A stretch of 64,000 nt of DNA from a virus, in the IMG/VR virus record IMGVR_UViG_3300043410_001823, positions 1-64,000 of that record; one strand, written 5' to 3'. Made by a program: the position numbers and the translations under genes. Position 1 is the first letter of the stretch; the number at the start of each line of letters is the position of its first letter. Positions 33,958-44,739 of this stretch are shown one piece after another. Below the pieces are notes generated by a model, which had not been told where the DNA came from, made no database searches, and saw only the letters and a list, made by a program, of their open reading frames with translations.

Positions 33958-34269
33958 TTAACGCATGATGTACTTGAGAGCAGAAACAAGATTGTTGACA
34001 GCCTCTGCTGCTGTATAGTAAATATTCTTTTTTGATCTATCTGATTTGTCTACATTAGCCATCCAAGTAGCCTTTAAAGATAACTTTGCTGCAATTGCCT
34101 GAAGTCTAACAATTTCAAGACTAGCTGCTTGGATTGGTATATCTGGTTTAAGAATAAGCTTTGCAATGGTAGTTAAAGCCACTGTGAGCTCTTCATCGTT
34201 CATATAGTCAGCTATTTCTGCTAGACCATTAACCATATCAATCGTTGTTTTTTGTGATTCGTTTTCCAT
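33958..34269 (-). CDS. Hypothetical protein
   Basis: ORF in the recombination operon. Confidence 0.7.
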   Translation of the reverse strand: MENESQKTTIDMVNGLAEIADYMNDEELTVALTTIAKLILKPDIPIQAASLEIVRLQAIAAKLSLKATWMANVDKSDRSKKNIYYTAAEAVNNLVSALKYIMR

Positions 34270-34553
34270 TATTGCTCTCCTACAAGTTGTTCTAAAATTC
34301 CCGCTTCAATAATTGCCAAACGCACTTTTGCATTACCCTCCCCAAGGATAACAAATATAGCTGGATCGTTTTTATTTTTAAGAGCATCTGTTACCGCCTT
34401 GGCCCAGTTGTCCTTATTTACCGTAAATCCCTTTGGATACTCTTTGAAATCAACTGTAAAGTTATTCCAAACAGCGTCCCCCTTCTTGGTTCCACGCCCA
34501 CTATTTTTAACTTGCTTAGCACCAATTCTTTTTGCTTCTGATCTCTCACTCAT
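34269..34553 (-). CDS. Small PD-(D/E)XK nuclease / resolvase-like protein
   Basis: NSGRG..KGD...VDFKE. Confidence 0.65.
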   Translation of the reverse strand: MSERSEAKRIGAKQVKNSGRGTKKGDAVWNNFTVDFKEYPKGFTVNKDNWAKAVTDALKNKNDPAIFVILGEGNAKVRLAIIEAGILEQLVGEQ

Positions 34554-34731
34554 GAGCAAAATCCTTCTTCTTCTTCTTTTCTGCCTTAAGGCCTACTTTA
34601 GAAATATGCTTTTCAGAACATAGCCATGAGATTTCTCCAGAGCCATACCAGAATCTAGCTGCTCTACACTCAACCTTACATGTCTTACATATAAATTGTC
34701 CTTGAACAACCATAAAAAGTTGATCAGACAT
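34546..34731 (-). CDS. Zn-ribbon hypothetical protein
   Basis: CKTC...C..KH. Confidence 0.65.
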   Translation of the reverse strand: MSDQLFMVVQGQFICKTCKVECRAARFWYGSGEISWLCSEKHISKVGLKAEKKKKKDFAHE

Positions 34732-35740
34732 TAGATACCTTACTCATAATGTCTTCTTGAAGGTCTAGATCTTCTTTAACACGACTAATGAATCCGTCAC
34801 GACCCTGCACCTTAGTGCCATCTTCAAGTTGATACCATGCACCAGTTCTAGAAACAATACCCATTAACTCAGCAGTATCGACGAGATCTCCCACACTATC
34901 AACACCAGTATCAGGACCTCTAAAATAGAAATCATACTCGCCAGACTGAAAACCAGGAGAAGTTTTCGAAAACTGTAGTTCCCATCTGACTTTTCTGCCA
35001 ATCTTTTCTTCAATAAGCTTGTCGCCAACATGAATCTTTCCCTTCAATGCTTGATTATCTGATTCTGATGAAAATAACTTAACTACTGTTGATGAATAAA
35101 ACTTAGTTGCATTACCGCCAGTAGGTTCTGGCTTAGTATACATTGCACTAATATTATTGCGTTGCTGTGAAATTAATACCAACATAGTTGGTTTAACCTT
35201 GTTATTAGCATAATTCAACATCTTCCAAGCATTACTAAAATCTCTTGACTCAGCACCGATCTGCTTTGTATTCTCTAGTTGCTTAAGTTCGTCAGAATCT
35301 TTTTCAAAATATACAGCAGGAAGCATAGATGTAATAGAGTCAACTACAATCATATCAACTCCTGCTTCCATAAGCTGTACACCAACATCAACCATGTCAT
35401 TAATAGTTCTAGCCTGTGAATAAATAAGCTTTGATGTATCTACCCCAAGCTTCTCAGCCCAAGACTTGTCATATGACATTTCTGAGTCTATCCATGCACA
35501 CACCTTGCCCTCTTTTTGGGCCTTAGCGATGATCTGAAGGCAGAATGAGGACTTACCAGCAGACTTATTACCCCAGATAAGGATCTGGCGTCCATATGGC
35601 AATCCTCCGCCAAGTGCACGGTTTAGTCCATAGCTAGGAGTTTGTGCAAACTCTGTAGCTGGAACAGCATCTCCAACCATAATATTTTTGCGTAGTTTTG
35701 GATTTAGCTGTGATAAAACTTCTTCTACCGTGACTGTCAT
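34724..35740 (-). CDS. recA: RecA/UvsX-like recombinase
   Basis: GGGLPYGR, GNKSAGKS, IDSE, VVDSI, GGNATKFYSS. Confidence 0.92.
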   Translation of the reverse strand: MTVTVEEVLSQLNPKLRKNIMVGDAVPATEFAQTPSYGLNRALGGGLPYGRQILIWGNKSAGKSSFCLQIIAKAQKEGKVCAWIDSEMSYDKSWAEKLGVDTSKLIYSQARTINDMVDVGVQLMEAGVDMIVVDSITSMLPAVYFEKDSDELKQLENTKQIGAESRDFSNAWKMLNYANNKVKPTMLVLISQQRNNISAMYTKPEPTGGNATKFYSSTVVKLFSSESDNQALKGKIHVGDKLIEEKIGRKVRWELQFSKTSPGFQSGEYDFYFRGPDTGVDSVGDLVDTAELMGIVSRTGAWYQLEDGTKVQGRDGFISRVKEDLDLQEDIMSKVSNV

Positions 35741-36057
35741 TAGAATCTTACTCCGTGCTTCTCTGGTCTTGTCTTATTAAACTGTGTCTTTGTATCCATA
35801 GCGTAATCTAGTGATATCTTAGTATACCCTGCTTCGACCATTCCTGCATAGAGATCTAGGGTACGAATAATAATATCTGCAAATTCTTTTGCAATTTCCT
35901 CTTCACCCTTATCCTTGCGTACTGCTTCCATTACTTCTGTAACCTCAGATACGATCATCATACATTGTTTTGCAACAAAAATATCATCGATCTCTTCTGG
36001 CCAAAATCCTTTTTCTACTGCTGTTGTGTGTAGTTGTTCTGCTAGTTCATCAAACAT
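35740..36057 (-). CDS. MazG-like nucleotide pyrophosphohydrolase
   Basis: SEVTEVMEA...EFADIIIR.LD. Confidence 0.85.
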   Translation of the reverse strand: MFDELAEQLHTTAVEKGFWPEEIDDIFVAKQCMMIVSEVTEVMEAVRKDKGEEEIAKEFADIIIRTLDLYAGMVEAGYTKISLDYAMDTKTQFNKTRPEKHGVRF

Positions 36058-39000
36058 TTATATCCTCCAATATGACTGTTCCATCTTTTGTTTTACCAAA
36101 TGAAAACTTATATGTATTGCCTTCTTCAATCTTCATGTATGCTTTTGCAAATGCTGTTGGAAATACCGTTACAGGATGAAGATTTCTTGATGCATCAGCT
36201 AGCGTTAATGATGCCATTTTTTTACCTGCTTTAGTCATTCTAGGTTTAAATGATATCACAAACATATCATCATCCTTGAATGGAAGCATCTTGTAATTTA
36301 AGAATTTAACTAAAGCATCGGAAGAGTTTTTAATCTCATCAACAGGAATAGAAGAAACAATCCTATTGTCAGAAGCCAAGATCAAATATGTTCGTCCAGA
36401 CTCAATTGCCGTTTGCTCTTCATCAAAGATTCCTGCAGAACCAGTCTTATCTAGAATTTCTACTCTAGACCATCCTGTTCCTCGTTTAATACTCTTGACC
36501 ATGCCCATCAAAATAAACGATCCCTTTTCTTCAAAGTCATCGATATCATTAATATATGCATAGTAATGCTGTGGCACTGGCATATTAAATTCTGGCAAGT
36601 TTAAATACTCATATAGATTTTCTTTAATCTCTGACTCATTCATTGGATTATCAGGGAATGTTGCAGCGCCAATTACTCTTAAGGCTTGTAGTGCTCTGCT
36701 GTTAACTCCATTGCCTTTCGTAAAGGTGAACTCTTCAAGTTCTTTATACGAAGCAAAAGGACGTGCCTCAATATAACGGCTTGCAATCTTTTCTGAGATA
36801 AACTTAATCGCAGTGAGTCCAAACCTGATACCCTTACCCTCAATCTTAAAATCAATATCTGAATCATTAATATGTGGTAGTTTAACAGGGATGCCCATGC
36901 GTTTCGTTTCGATAAGATATTCTGTTCTTGCATCTTTATCACTTTCATTCTTTAATAGTGAATACATAAACTCTAGAGGATAGTGGTATTTTAACCATGC
37001 TGTCCAGTATGAGAGTGTTGAGTAGGCAACGGCGTGGGACTTGTTGAAAGAATATCCTGCGTGGGCCTCGAAATCATGCCATAAGTCAAGAGCGTCGTTA
37101 GGAGCAATATACTTGCTAGCACCACTAATGAAACGGTCTTTGAACTCATCAAATTCTTTTGCATCTTTCTTCTTTCCAATAATCTTACGAACCTTATCCG
37201 CATCTGCCATAGACATGCCACCAAGTTCAACGCAAGCTTGCATAACTTGTTCTTGATAGAGAACACATCCAAAGGTCTCTTCTGTAAATGGCTTCATGAC
37301 TTGATGAAGATAATTAATATTTTGACGTCCATGCTTGCGCTCAATATAATCTTTACCAATTGTATTCATAGCACCAGGACGAACCAAAGCATTAGAAGCA
37401 GCAAGTTCTGCCAAATTCTTAACGCCCATCTTAATAAGAAGGTTAGTATATGGTGCTGCTTCACATTGGAATACACCCTTAGTATATCCATCTGAAAGCA
37501 TTTGATAAACATTCTTATCATCCATATCTATAGATAAAAGATCAATCTTTTTATCATATCTATCTTCAATAATATCAAGAGTATCCTTTAGAACAGATAA
37601 AGTTTTTAGTCCTAAAGCATCAATCTTAATCAAGCCAATGTTTTCAGCCTCCCCCATGTCAACTGCAACAACTGGAATGCGAACGTCATTTCCAGTAACA
37701 GAGCGAGTCTCCAACGGCGCATACCTAAAGATTGGATCTTTACTAGTAACAACTCCTGCAGCGTGAATACCAGTACCCCTAATACGACCACGTAACTGCT
37801 CTCCATATCTTTCTACCTCTGGATATTTTTCACGGAATTCCCGTGTTGTTTTTGAAGTACAATACTCATCCCATGTATCTACTGTCTTTAAAACCTTGTT
37901 TACATCTGCCAACGGAATATTTAAAGCACGTGCTACATCTCGAACAACACCCTTGTCTTTAAATTCAAGGAATGTGGTAATTGATGCAACATGTCGATAT
38001 TGTCTAACAAGATAATCCTTTACCTCATCACGACGTGAATCCTGAATGTCTGAGTCAATATCTGGAAAGTCATTACGTTCTGGATTAATAAATCGGAAGA
38101 ACAACAATCCATGTTTGATTGGATCAATATCCGTAATCTCAAGAGCATAACAAAGTAAAGAACCTGCAGCAGAACCACGACCTGGACCAACCATAATTCC
38201 TTCTTTTTTAGCCCAGTTCAACATATTTCGAACAACTAGAAAGTATGGAGCAAACTTCTTATCATTAATAACCTTAAGCTCTTCGTCTAGTCTATCTAAG
38301 TATTCTTGATTATCTGCAAAACCACGCTTTTCCAAACCTTCTAGAGCAAGCTTTTTAAGTTCTTGTCCAGGATTCTTATACTGTGCTGGAAGTAGGTTTA
38401 AACCACTCTTAATGTCATATTCTTCTACCTTATTAGCAATCTCAATAGTAGACTCAAACATCTGTTCATTCTCAATACCCTGCTTTGCCATCGCATCTTT
38501 CATTTCTTCATATGAAAGTAGGTGAATATCAAACGATCTAAAACTCATCATGCGGTCAGCGCCATATAGATAATCTAGGCGCTCCATCATATCTGAATAC
38601 TTCTTAGACTTTTCGTATGTTGCATCTTTTTGCAATTTAGCATGAGTATTCAGAATAAGCATCATTTCCTGAATAACCTTTTGATCAACATCAGAGTGGT
38701 GGCAATCTGGAGTAATTACTGGCTTAACCCCCATAGACTCTGCTAAATCAAGAAGTCCTTTATTTACCTCTGCAGGATTATGTGGCATTACTTCAATGTA
38801 ATAGTCATTGCCAAACTCTTCTTTAAACCATGATATATACTTCTTAGCAGTTGCTAGTTCTCCTAGTTCTACTGCCTTTGCAATCCACCCACTTAAACAA
38901 GCAGATGTTACAATGATGCCTTCTTTATATTTCTTTAAAATTTCAAAATCAAAGCGTGGCTTACTGAAGAAACCGTCTGTCCACGCAATTTCATTAATCT

Positions 39001-39322
39001 TGTTTAGGTTTTCTAAACCCTGTTGGTTCTTGGCAAGAAGAACTATATGATGATAATTTAGATCAAGAGGATCAGTGCGGTCTGCCTTTGCTCTCTTGTC
39101 AGCCATATCTGTAGTCATATAGCCTTCTATGCCAAGTATTGGCTTAATACCTTTTGCTTTTGCAACACGGTGCAGTTCCCTGTGCCCAGATAAAGTACCA
39201 TGGTCGGTGATTGCGATTGCAGGCATCCCCAACTCAACTGCACGGTTCACGTATTCTTCTGGAGTAGCAACACCATCCATCAAGGAATAGTGTGTATGTA
39301 CATGTAAGCCAACGTAGTTCAT
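36050..39322 (-). CDS. dnaE: DNA polymerase III alpha subunit
   Basis: HVHTHYSLMDG PHP domain, GPGRGSAAGS, PDIDSD, YSFNKSHA. Confidence 0.97.
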   Translation of the reverse strand: MNYVGLHVHTHYSLMDGVATPEEYVNRAVELGMPAIAITDHGTLSGHRELHRVAKAKGIKPILGIEGYMTTDMADKRAKADRTDPLDLNYHHIVLLAKNQQGLENLNKINEIAWTDGFFSKPRFDFEILKKYKEGIIVTSACLSGWIAKAVELGELATAKKYISWFKEEFGNDYYIEVMPHNPAEVNKGLLDLAESMGVKPVITPDCHHSDVDQKVIQEMMLILNTHAKLQKDATYEKSKKYSDMMERLDYLYGADRMMSFRSFDIHLLSYEEMKDAMAKQGIENEQMFESTIEIANKVEEYDIKSGLNLLPAQYKNPGQELKKLALEGLEKRGFADNQEYLDRLDEELKVINDKKFAPYFLVVRNMLNWAKKEGIMVGPGRGSAAGSLLCYALEITDIDPIKHGLLFFRFINPERNDFPDIDSDIQDSRRDEVKDYLVRQYRHVASITTFLEFKDKGVVRDVARALNIPLADVNKVLKTVDTWDEYCTSKTTREFREKYPEVERYGEQLRGRIRGTGIHAAGVVTSKDPIFRYAPLETRSVTGNDVRIPVVAVDMGEAENIGLIKIDALGLKTLSVLKDTLDIIEDRYDKKIDLLSIDMDDKNVYQMLSDGYTKGVFQCEAAPYTNLLIKMGVKNLAELAASNALVRPGAMNTIGKDYIERKHGRQNINYLHQVMKPFTEETFGCVLYQEQVMQACVELGGMSMADADKVRKIIGKKKDAKEFDEFKDRFISGASKYIAPNDALDLWHDFEAHAGYSFNKSHAVAYSTLSYWTAWLKYHYPLEFMYSLLKNESDKDARTEYLIETKRMGIPVKLPHINDSDIDFKIEGKGIRFGLTAIKFISEKIASRYIEARPFASYKELEEFTFTKGNGVNSRALQALRVIGAATFPDNPMNESEIKENLYEYLNLPEFNMPVPQHYYAYINDIDDFEEKGSFILMGMVKSIKRGTGWSRVEILDKTGSAGIFDEEQTAIESGRTYLILASDNRIVSSIPVDEIKNSSDALVKFLNYKMLPFKDDDMFVISFKPRMTKAGKKMASLTLADASRNLHPVTVFPTAFAKAYMKIEEGNTYKFSFGKTKDGTVILEDINV

Positions 39323-39325
39323 TGA

Positions 39326-39979
39326 TTACCAGTCGATGTTAGTTGTAGTAACAGACGGTGTATCAAATCCAAAGTAGAACGTTTCCTGTTCTGCGTATGG
39401 AACTTCACGAACAACCTTTTCTAGGTTGAACGGTTCATGTGTGCCCCAGTTAAATGGCTCTGAATCTGGTGCAGATGGAATAAGTGTGTAATTAGTTTCA
39501 GTTCCCTGACCATTACGCTTTAGCTTCCACTGAATATTTGAGATGCTTCCTGTTTCAAGTGCATACTCACGAATTGTATTAAATGCAGACTGCTTGCTAA
39601 TGCCCTGTGACCAGACTGCGATATAAGGGTCTTCTAGACCGTCATCCATAAGAACGTTAGTGTAGAAGCGTAGACGTGCCTTCCAACCGCTCTTAGGCTC
39701 CTTACGAGCCATTTCACAACCAAAGCAACGACCTTCTGTATCCTGTGTACATGCAGCCTTGCGCTTGTAGTCCTTTGGGTTTGTGTGTTCTGAAACAACA
39801 ACAGCGAGTCCACGCTGTTCATTGTAGTGTGCTGAATCTGAATCTAGCTCATTTACAAAACGGATCTTTGCAGATTGACCATCGGCTAGCTTTACCCAGC
39901 GTACTTTGATTCCTGATGATTCTGTTTTTGGTTTTTCGACTAGGGCGTTGATATTTTTAAGTCCCTTTACAACAGTCAT
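39326..39979 (-). CDS. Single-stranded DNA-binding protein (gp32-like)
   Basis: KIRF, Zn ligands, KRNGQG.ETNY; position between primase and polymerase. Confidence 0.7.
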   Translation of the reverse strand: MTVVKGLKNINALVEKPKTESSGIKVRWVKLADGQSAKIRFVNELDSDSAHYNEQRGLAVVVSEHTNPKDYKRKAACTQDTEGRCFGCEMARKEPKSGWKARLRFYTNVLMDDGLEDPYIAVWSQGISKQSAFNTIREYALETGSISNIQWKLKRNGQGTETNYTLIPSAPDSEPFNWGTHEPFNLEKVVREVPYAEQETFYFGFDTPSVTTTNIDW

Positions 39980-40002
39980 TTTTTTCTCCTTGTGTGTTTT
40001 AT

Positions 40003-40926
40003 TTATTGTAGCATAGCTTCAATGGAATTGTCAAATGAAAACTCAAGTTTTCTAATTGCATCATCATCCATATCACCGATGTCTTTATATTGTTTATTTA
40101 GTTTTATTATTGTTAAGGCATTCCCCAATTTGTCTTTTAGTTTTTCAGACATAATCCTACCTGCCTCATCGTTATCCGCAACTAAGACAATGTTGTTAAA
40201 ATATTTTTCTAACAATTTTATCTGCGTTGCAGAAACATTTGCCCCTAGTGTTGCCACTGCAGGGAATCCTACTTGATCAAGTCTAATTGCATCAAAAGAT
40301 GATTCAACTACATATATTATACTTGAAGCCTTTACCCTATGCAAGTTAAAAAGAATTTTACTTTTCGGAAGTCCTGGAGTATTCTTAAATTCTTTTCCTT
40401 CTACAGTTCTTGCAACAAAACCAATGCATACACCATCTGGAGAATGCATAGGTACTATAACTGAATCCTGCTTTTCAGAATATCCTAAGTCAAACTTTTG
40501 CATTGAGTCTCTAGTGATGCTTCTACCTTCAAAATATCGCACAGCTCTTGGGGACTCTAAGGCTTGTCTTCCCAATCTTTTGATCATCAATTCATCATAA
40601 GGCACAAAATCTGGTGGAGCTAGCAATGCTTTATTGACAACAGATTCAATATTACTTTCTTGCTCTTTGCTTTTAATAAAACGCATTGCCTCAAAATAAC
40701 TACGACCTGATGTATGCATTACAAATTCTATAAGAGATTTAGTTGTTTGACATCCAAAACAAAAGAATAAGCCAGATTCTTTGGATACTTCTCCAGCTGG
40801 AGTTCTGCTATTGTTGTGATATGGACAATAAACTATATAATCAGTTCCATATTCAGCCTCAATATCAATTCCTGCACCTGTTAATACTCGTTTGATCTGT
40901 TCTTCTGTATAAATATCTTTAGCCAT
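40003..40926 (-). CDS. dnaG: DNA primase
   Basis: CPYH...CFGC zinc finger; TOPRIM VES.FD...DNDEAG...KD. Confidence 0.9.
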   Translation of the reverse strand: MAKDIYTEEQIKRVLTGAGIDIEAEYGTDYIVYCPYHNNSRTPAGEVSKESGLFFCFGCQTTKSLIEFVMHTSGRSYFEAMRFIKSKEQESNIESVVNKALLAPPDFVPYDELMIKRLGRQALESPRAVRYFEGRSITRDSMQKFDLGYSEKQDSVIVPMHSPDGVCIGFVARTVEGKEFKNTPGLPKSKILFNLHRVKASSIIYVVESSFDAIRLDQVGFPAVATLGANVSATQIKLLEKYFNNIVLVADNDEAGRIMSEKLKDKLGNALTIIKLNKQYKDIGDMDDDAIRKLEFSFDNSIEAMLQ

Positions 40927-42145
40927 TTTTATCTTCAAAGTCCTTATATCTGTAATAGCCCTTATCGAAATCTACCTCTACGAGGAAGTCTCCCATAAAA
41001 CCATTACGGTTTTTTCTGAATACACATTCAATGATATCACTATTCGTTGCTCTACCCAGCGCTAATACCCAGTCAGCATCGTATGCAATCTGCTTTGACC
41101 ATGCTGTTTGAGCTAGAGTTGGAGCACTACTCAAATCCTTGACATCATCTGGTGTAGCTGATGAGATAGCAATAATTGGAACTTCATCACCAATAGCCAT
41201 AAGCTTTAGCTCACGAGAAAGATTTTTCATCTTAACAACTTCGCTTTCAGACTTTTGGTTTGGACTCATCAACTGAAGATAATCTACAACAACAAAGTCT
41301 GGCTTATACTGATCAATCTTTCCACGAATAACTGATGGAGTTACTTCTCCACCACCATCATTAGATATAATGTTAAACTCTGGTCTACCTGCCAATTTAC
41401 TAGCATGCCATTTTTTCATCATATCTAATTCAACTTCACCATTGCTCAATTTGCGGTGAGACCATAATCCTTCTCCCATAATTGCGTATACACGATTACG
41501 GACTTCTGTTTCAGACATTTCAAGACTGATGATAAGTGGTGACTTACCCTGCTTCCATGCCTGTACCGCAAAATAAAGAGCAAGCCAGGACTTTCCAATT
41601 CCTGGATATGCTAGGAACACCCCTAGTTGACCTGGCATAATCCCAGATGGGAGATAATTGTCAAATCCTGGCAAGCCTGTTTTGATTCCTAGTACTCCAG
41701 CATCTTTCATCTTTTGTACCTGTTCATAATATGCAACTGCAGAATCAATATCTGTTGCATCAACATCTCTAATAGCAGCTGTATTTTTCTTTAACTCGGA
41801 TGTTTTTGTAATAAGTTCTTCAAGAGCCTTTGTTCCTTGCCCACTCTGAACTTCAGAAGCAGCATTTCTAATAATATCTTTTAGGCTATCTGTGAGATAC
41901 TCGCCTTGAAGTTCATCCAAGTGGTACTTGGTTGATCCAATACCCTCTACTGGATTAAAATCTCTAAACTTCTCTACAACAAGAGATACTGGAGGAACTG
42001 CGTTATTGTTTTCAAAGTAACGCTTAATGAATGTCCAAACATCTGTATGTGTTTTTAAAATAGACTCTACATTGGCTTGCAACAAAACATGCATCTGCTT
42101 GTCATTCAGCACAGCTGAAATAACTTTTGCCTCTGTATTATTCAC
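40919..42145 (-). CDS. dnaB: DnaB-like replicative helicase
   Basis: AYPGIGKS, SLEM, VDYLQL, KNRNG. Confidence 0.93.
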   Translation of the reverse strand: MNNTEAKVISAVLNDKQMHVLLQANVESILKTHTDVWTFIKRYFENNNAVPPVSLVVEKFRDFNPVEGIGSTKYHLDELQGEYLTDSLKDIIRNAASEVQSGQGTKALEELITKTSELKKNTAAIRDVDATDIDSAVAYYEQVQKMKDAGVLGIKTGLPGFDNYLPSGIMPGQLGVFLAYPGIGKSWLALYFAVQAWKQGKSPLIISLEMSETEVRNRVYAIMGEGLWSHRKLSNGEVELDMMKKWHASKLAGRPEFNIISNDGGGEVTPSVIRGKIDQYKPDFVVVDYLQLMSPNQKSESEVVKMKNLSRELKLMAIGDEVPIIAISSATPDDVKDLSSAPTLAQTAWSKQIAYDADWVLALGRATNSDIIECVFRKNRNGFMGDFLVEVDFDKGYYRYKDFEDKNG

Positions 42146-42446
42146 TTAACCACTTCCTCGCTAATTCTCGTCGCTCTTTGCGCTCTTTGATATCTTGTGT
42201 GACTTCATCCCTACCATTGATAATTCGCTCTGCATTATATGCAAAGAAATTCCAAGAAGGTTCTTGTGCTATTGAAAAGTAATATTCTAATAGGTCATAG
42301 CATGCAGGCAGGCCATAAGATTCAACTAAGGCATCTGCTGCCCATTGCTCAACATTTAGATTGAGATTAGACTTTTGCTCATATCTTTGTAGATAAAACT
42401 TATTGTATCGACTGAGCAAAGCCATACGGTCTTTGCGCTCAGCCAT
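42138..42446 (-). CDS. Hypothetical protein
   Basis: ORF coupled to dnaB. Confidence 0.7.
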   Translation of the reverse strand: MAERKDRMALLSRYNKFYLQRYEQKSNLNLNVEQWAADALVESYGLPACYDLLEYYFSIAQEPSWNFFAYNAERIINGRDEVTQDIKERKERRELARKWLSE

Positions 42447-42447
42447 T

Positions 42448-42657
42448 TTATTCCTCTACAAGAGCTTCTCGGCCCTGCTGAACCTTTTCTACTACTTGGT
42501 TCTCTACAAAGGCGTAAACACGGTCCATGGCGTCTTTAGTAGTCTCTCCATCACGAACGTGGTCTGTTACTCCAAGATCCACTCGTAGAGACTGAAAATT
42601 TCCTAGATTAAGTGTATAACCTAGTGTTGCTGTTACTTTTGTTGTTTCGTTTTCCAT
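42448..42657 (-). CDS. Hypothetical phage protein
   Basis: TLNLGNFQSLRVD motif; GGAGG RBS. Confidence 0.7.
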   Translation of the reverse strand: MENETTKVTATLGYTLNLGNFQSLRVDLGVTDHVRDGETTKDAMDRVYAFVENQVVEKVQQGREALVEE

Positions 42658-42677
42658 TGCTACCCCTCCCAAGGATA

Positions 42678-43220
42678 TTAAATGCTTTCTGACCAGACTG
42701 GAATAAATCTTCCATCTTCTGTCTTTGTATATGTAAGTATACCGTCTCCCATTCGCCTTGTCAACTCTTGGCTAGTGGGTGTTACATTGTTTGTTATTAA
42801 ATTATCTTTTCGTGCTTTGCCGTGATGAATACTTGCAAGTATATCACGAATCTCTTTTACTTGCGACTCTGAGTAATAAGCTCGTACTTGCCATCCACGT
42901 TTTCCATCAAGCTGTGATCCGACTGGTGGTGGAATTACTCCACGCTTAATTAATCTTGGTAAATATTTACGATGCCTATTGACAAGAACTGCAGTTTCTG
43001 CTACAGTATATGCTTTTTCTCTGTTTTTTCTAAAATCAGAACGTAAGCATGTTTCAATGCGATCTTTATTGATATTGTAGACAGAAACTAAACCTGTAGA
43101 TCTTGAGCTATGATGAAGTCTAACTAAATCACCATTTAAAAACCAAACTGTTTGATTACCACGAATTACAGGCTCGTTATTGTATATCTCGCCCTCAATA
43201 ATTCCTTTTCTAGTAACCAT
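42678..43220 (-). CDS. MerR-like HTH DNA-binding protein
   Basis: YTVAETA.LVNR...G.IP.P...R.YYSE. Confidence 0.65.
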   Translation of the reverse strand: MVTRKGIIEGEIYNNEPVIRGNQTVWFLNGDLVRLHHSSRSTGLVSVYNINKDRIETCLRSDFRKNREKAYTVAETAVLVNRHRKYLPRLIKRGVIPPPVGSQLDGKRGWQVRAYYSESQVKEIRDILASIHHGKARKDNLITNNVTPTSQELTRRMGDGILTYTKTEDGRFIPVWSESI

Positions 43221-43357
43221 AACCCGTCCCTGCTATTTTGTGGAGGATGATAAAACTTTCTTCCACCACACCTAACGCAATATACCTCAATGTGCTTAAT
43301 GGTTGTATACTGTCGATCAATAAAAACTCTACCACTGCATTTCTCACATTTCAGCAT
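43166..43357 (-). CDS. Zn-ribbon protein
   Basis: CEKC...CVRCG. Confidence 0.65.
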   Translation of the reverse strand: MLKCEKCSGRVFIDRQYTTIKHIEVYCVRCGGRKFYHPPQNSRDGLWLLEKELLRARYTITSL

Positions 43358-43369
43358 TTGATTATTCCG

Positions 43370-43561
43370 CTACATACTTTCACTCATTTTTGCAGCAAGT
43401 TCATTTGAATATTCTTCTGCTGCTATTGTCTTATTATTGTTATTTTCAACATACTGTGTTAATTCTGCTCTAAGCATTGCAACTGTAATTGCATGATCTG
43501 CAGACATTTCAGCAATTTGTTGCTTTAATGCAATAATAATTAATTCTTCTTTCGTAGCCAT
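43370..43561 (-). CDS. Hypothetical protein
   Basis: ORF with GGGG RBS. Confidence 0.6.
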   Translation of the reverse strand: MATKEELIIIALKQQIAEMSADHAITVAMLRAELTQYVENNNNKTIAAEEYSNELAAKMSESM

Positions 43562-43583
43562 TTATACCCCCAATTATAAATTA

Positions 43584-43820
43584 CTATACAGCAGAGTTTA
43601 TTTCTGCATTAATGTCATCAAGCTCAGACTGCAGCACAGCTTTTTGTGCCACAACATCTTGCATCTGTGAGTTTAAAGAGTCAATATTTGTTTGATTCTT
43701 TTCTGTCATTGCATTTGCCTCAATAAGGCTTAATGAAAGGTTGTACTCAGAAAAAGCAATTGTCTTCATGTGCTGCTCGACAATAGTCTTCTTTTCTTCT
43801 GGTGTTAAAGATATGGTCAT
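43584..43820 (-). CDS. Hypothetical coiled-coil protein
   Basis: AGGAGG RBS. Confidence 0.7.
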   Translation of the reverse strand: MTISLTPEEKKTIVEQHMKTIAFSEYNLSLSLIEANAMTEKNQTNIDSLNSQMQDVVAQKAVLQSELDDINAEINSAV

Positions 43821-43842
43821 GTTTTCCTCCTTATATATTATA

Positions 43843-44739
43843 TCATGTATGTATTTGCTTCAATGAAAAATCAATATTTGCATAAGATTCATACTCATTG
43901 AGTGTTCTGGAGGATCCAAGTGCCTGGGCTCCAACTTCTTTAGTAGTTATAATTCGCTCAAGCTCTAGCTTAGACTTTTTATCAAGGTAGTTTGATTCTG
44001 ATGGAAAATCAACTGATGTTTGACGTCTAAGATTCTTAAATCCTTTATCAGCGTCATAATATAAATGATAGACATTTTGTGCCTCTGGTAACATTAAATC
44101 ATACCCGTGAGTAAATAATCTAATTGCAGTTAATATCTCTTCACCCCAAAAGAAAATGTTTTTATTTGGTTCTACGGACGCTATTGAACCATCCGAAAAT
44201 ATAGATGCTGCCGACACAGACTTAGTAAAAATATTATTAGAAAAATTTCCAACAGCTCTTTGATGTGGTATCAAATCATTTAAAAAACTTAACTCTGGAA
44301 CAAAATCAGTATATGACACATGAGCCTTATTGTTTAATATATTTAAAGTTCCATCCGTATATTCATATGCTCCAGGGTAGCAAGATAGAACTGGATTTGC
44401 GCCACTGGATTTATTTTTAAGATAATTCATAATAAGGTTGTGATCCCAATTTTGTTCAAATCGTGAATGAGAATCTATTTGAAAATAATAATCTTCACCA
44501 TCATAAAAAGAATTTGCAATATACCTAGATATTCCTACACCAATATTTTCTGGGGCTAAACTTAGTTCGTACTTTACATTGGGAATATCTGGTAAATCAA
44601 AGTCTATTTTTTGATAATAAGATATGTGTACGCCAAACTTAATAACATGGTTACCTGAACTTTTATTTATAGCATCACGAATAGTTCTGACTAATTCATA
44701 ATCATGATACGATGGAATCTGTACAAATATGCTAGCCAT
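43843..44739 (-). CDS. GlcNAc-transferase-like glycosyltransferase (Skp1/Gnt1-type family)
   Basis: SIFVQIPSY.D, QIDSHSRF...WD, LS.YP, FFWGEE...RLFTHGYD. Confidence 0.85.
   Translation of the reverse strand: MASIFVQIPSYHDYELVRTIRDAINKSSGNHVIKFGVHISYYQKIDFDLPDIPNVKYELSLAPENIGVGISRYIANSFYDGEDYYFQIDSHSRFEQNWDHNLIMNYLKNKSSGANPVLSCYPGAYEYTDGTLNILNNKAHVSYTDFVPELSFLNDLIPHQRAVGNFSNNIFTKSVSAASIFSDGSIASVEPNKNIFFWGEEILTAIRLFTHGYDLMLPEAQNVYHLYYDADKGFKNLRRQTSVDFPSESNYLDKKSKLELERIITTKEVGAQALGSSRTLNEYESYANIDFSLKQIHT

Noticed and set aside
36050-42145. Inteins or introns in dnaE and dnaB (recA and terL also checked)
   Set aside because: Lengths are normal, with no intein terminal motifs or frame breaks seen.
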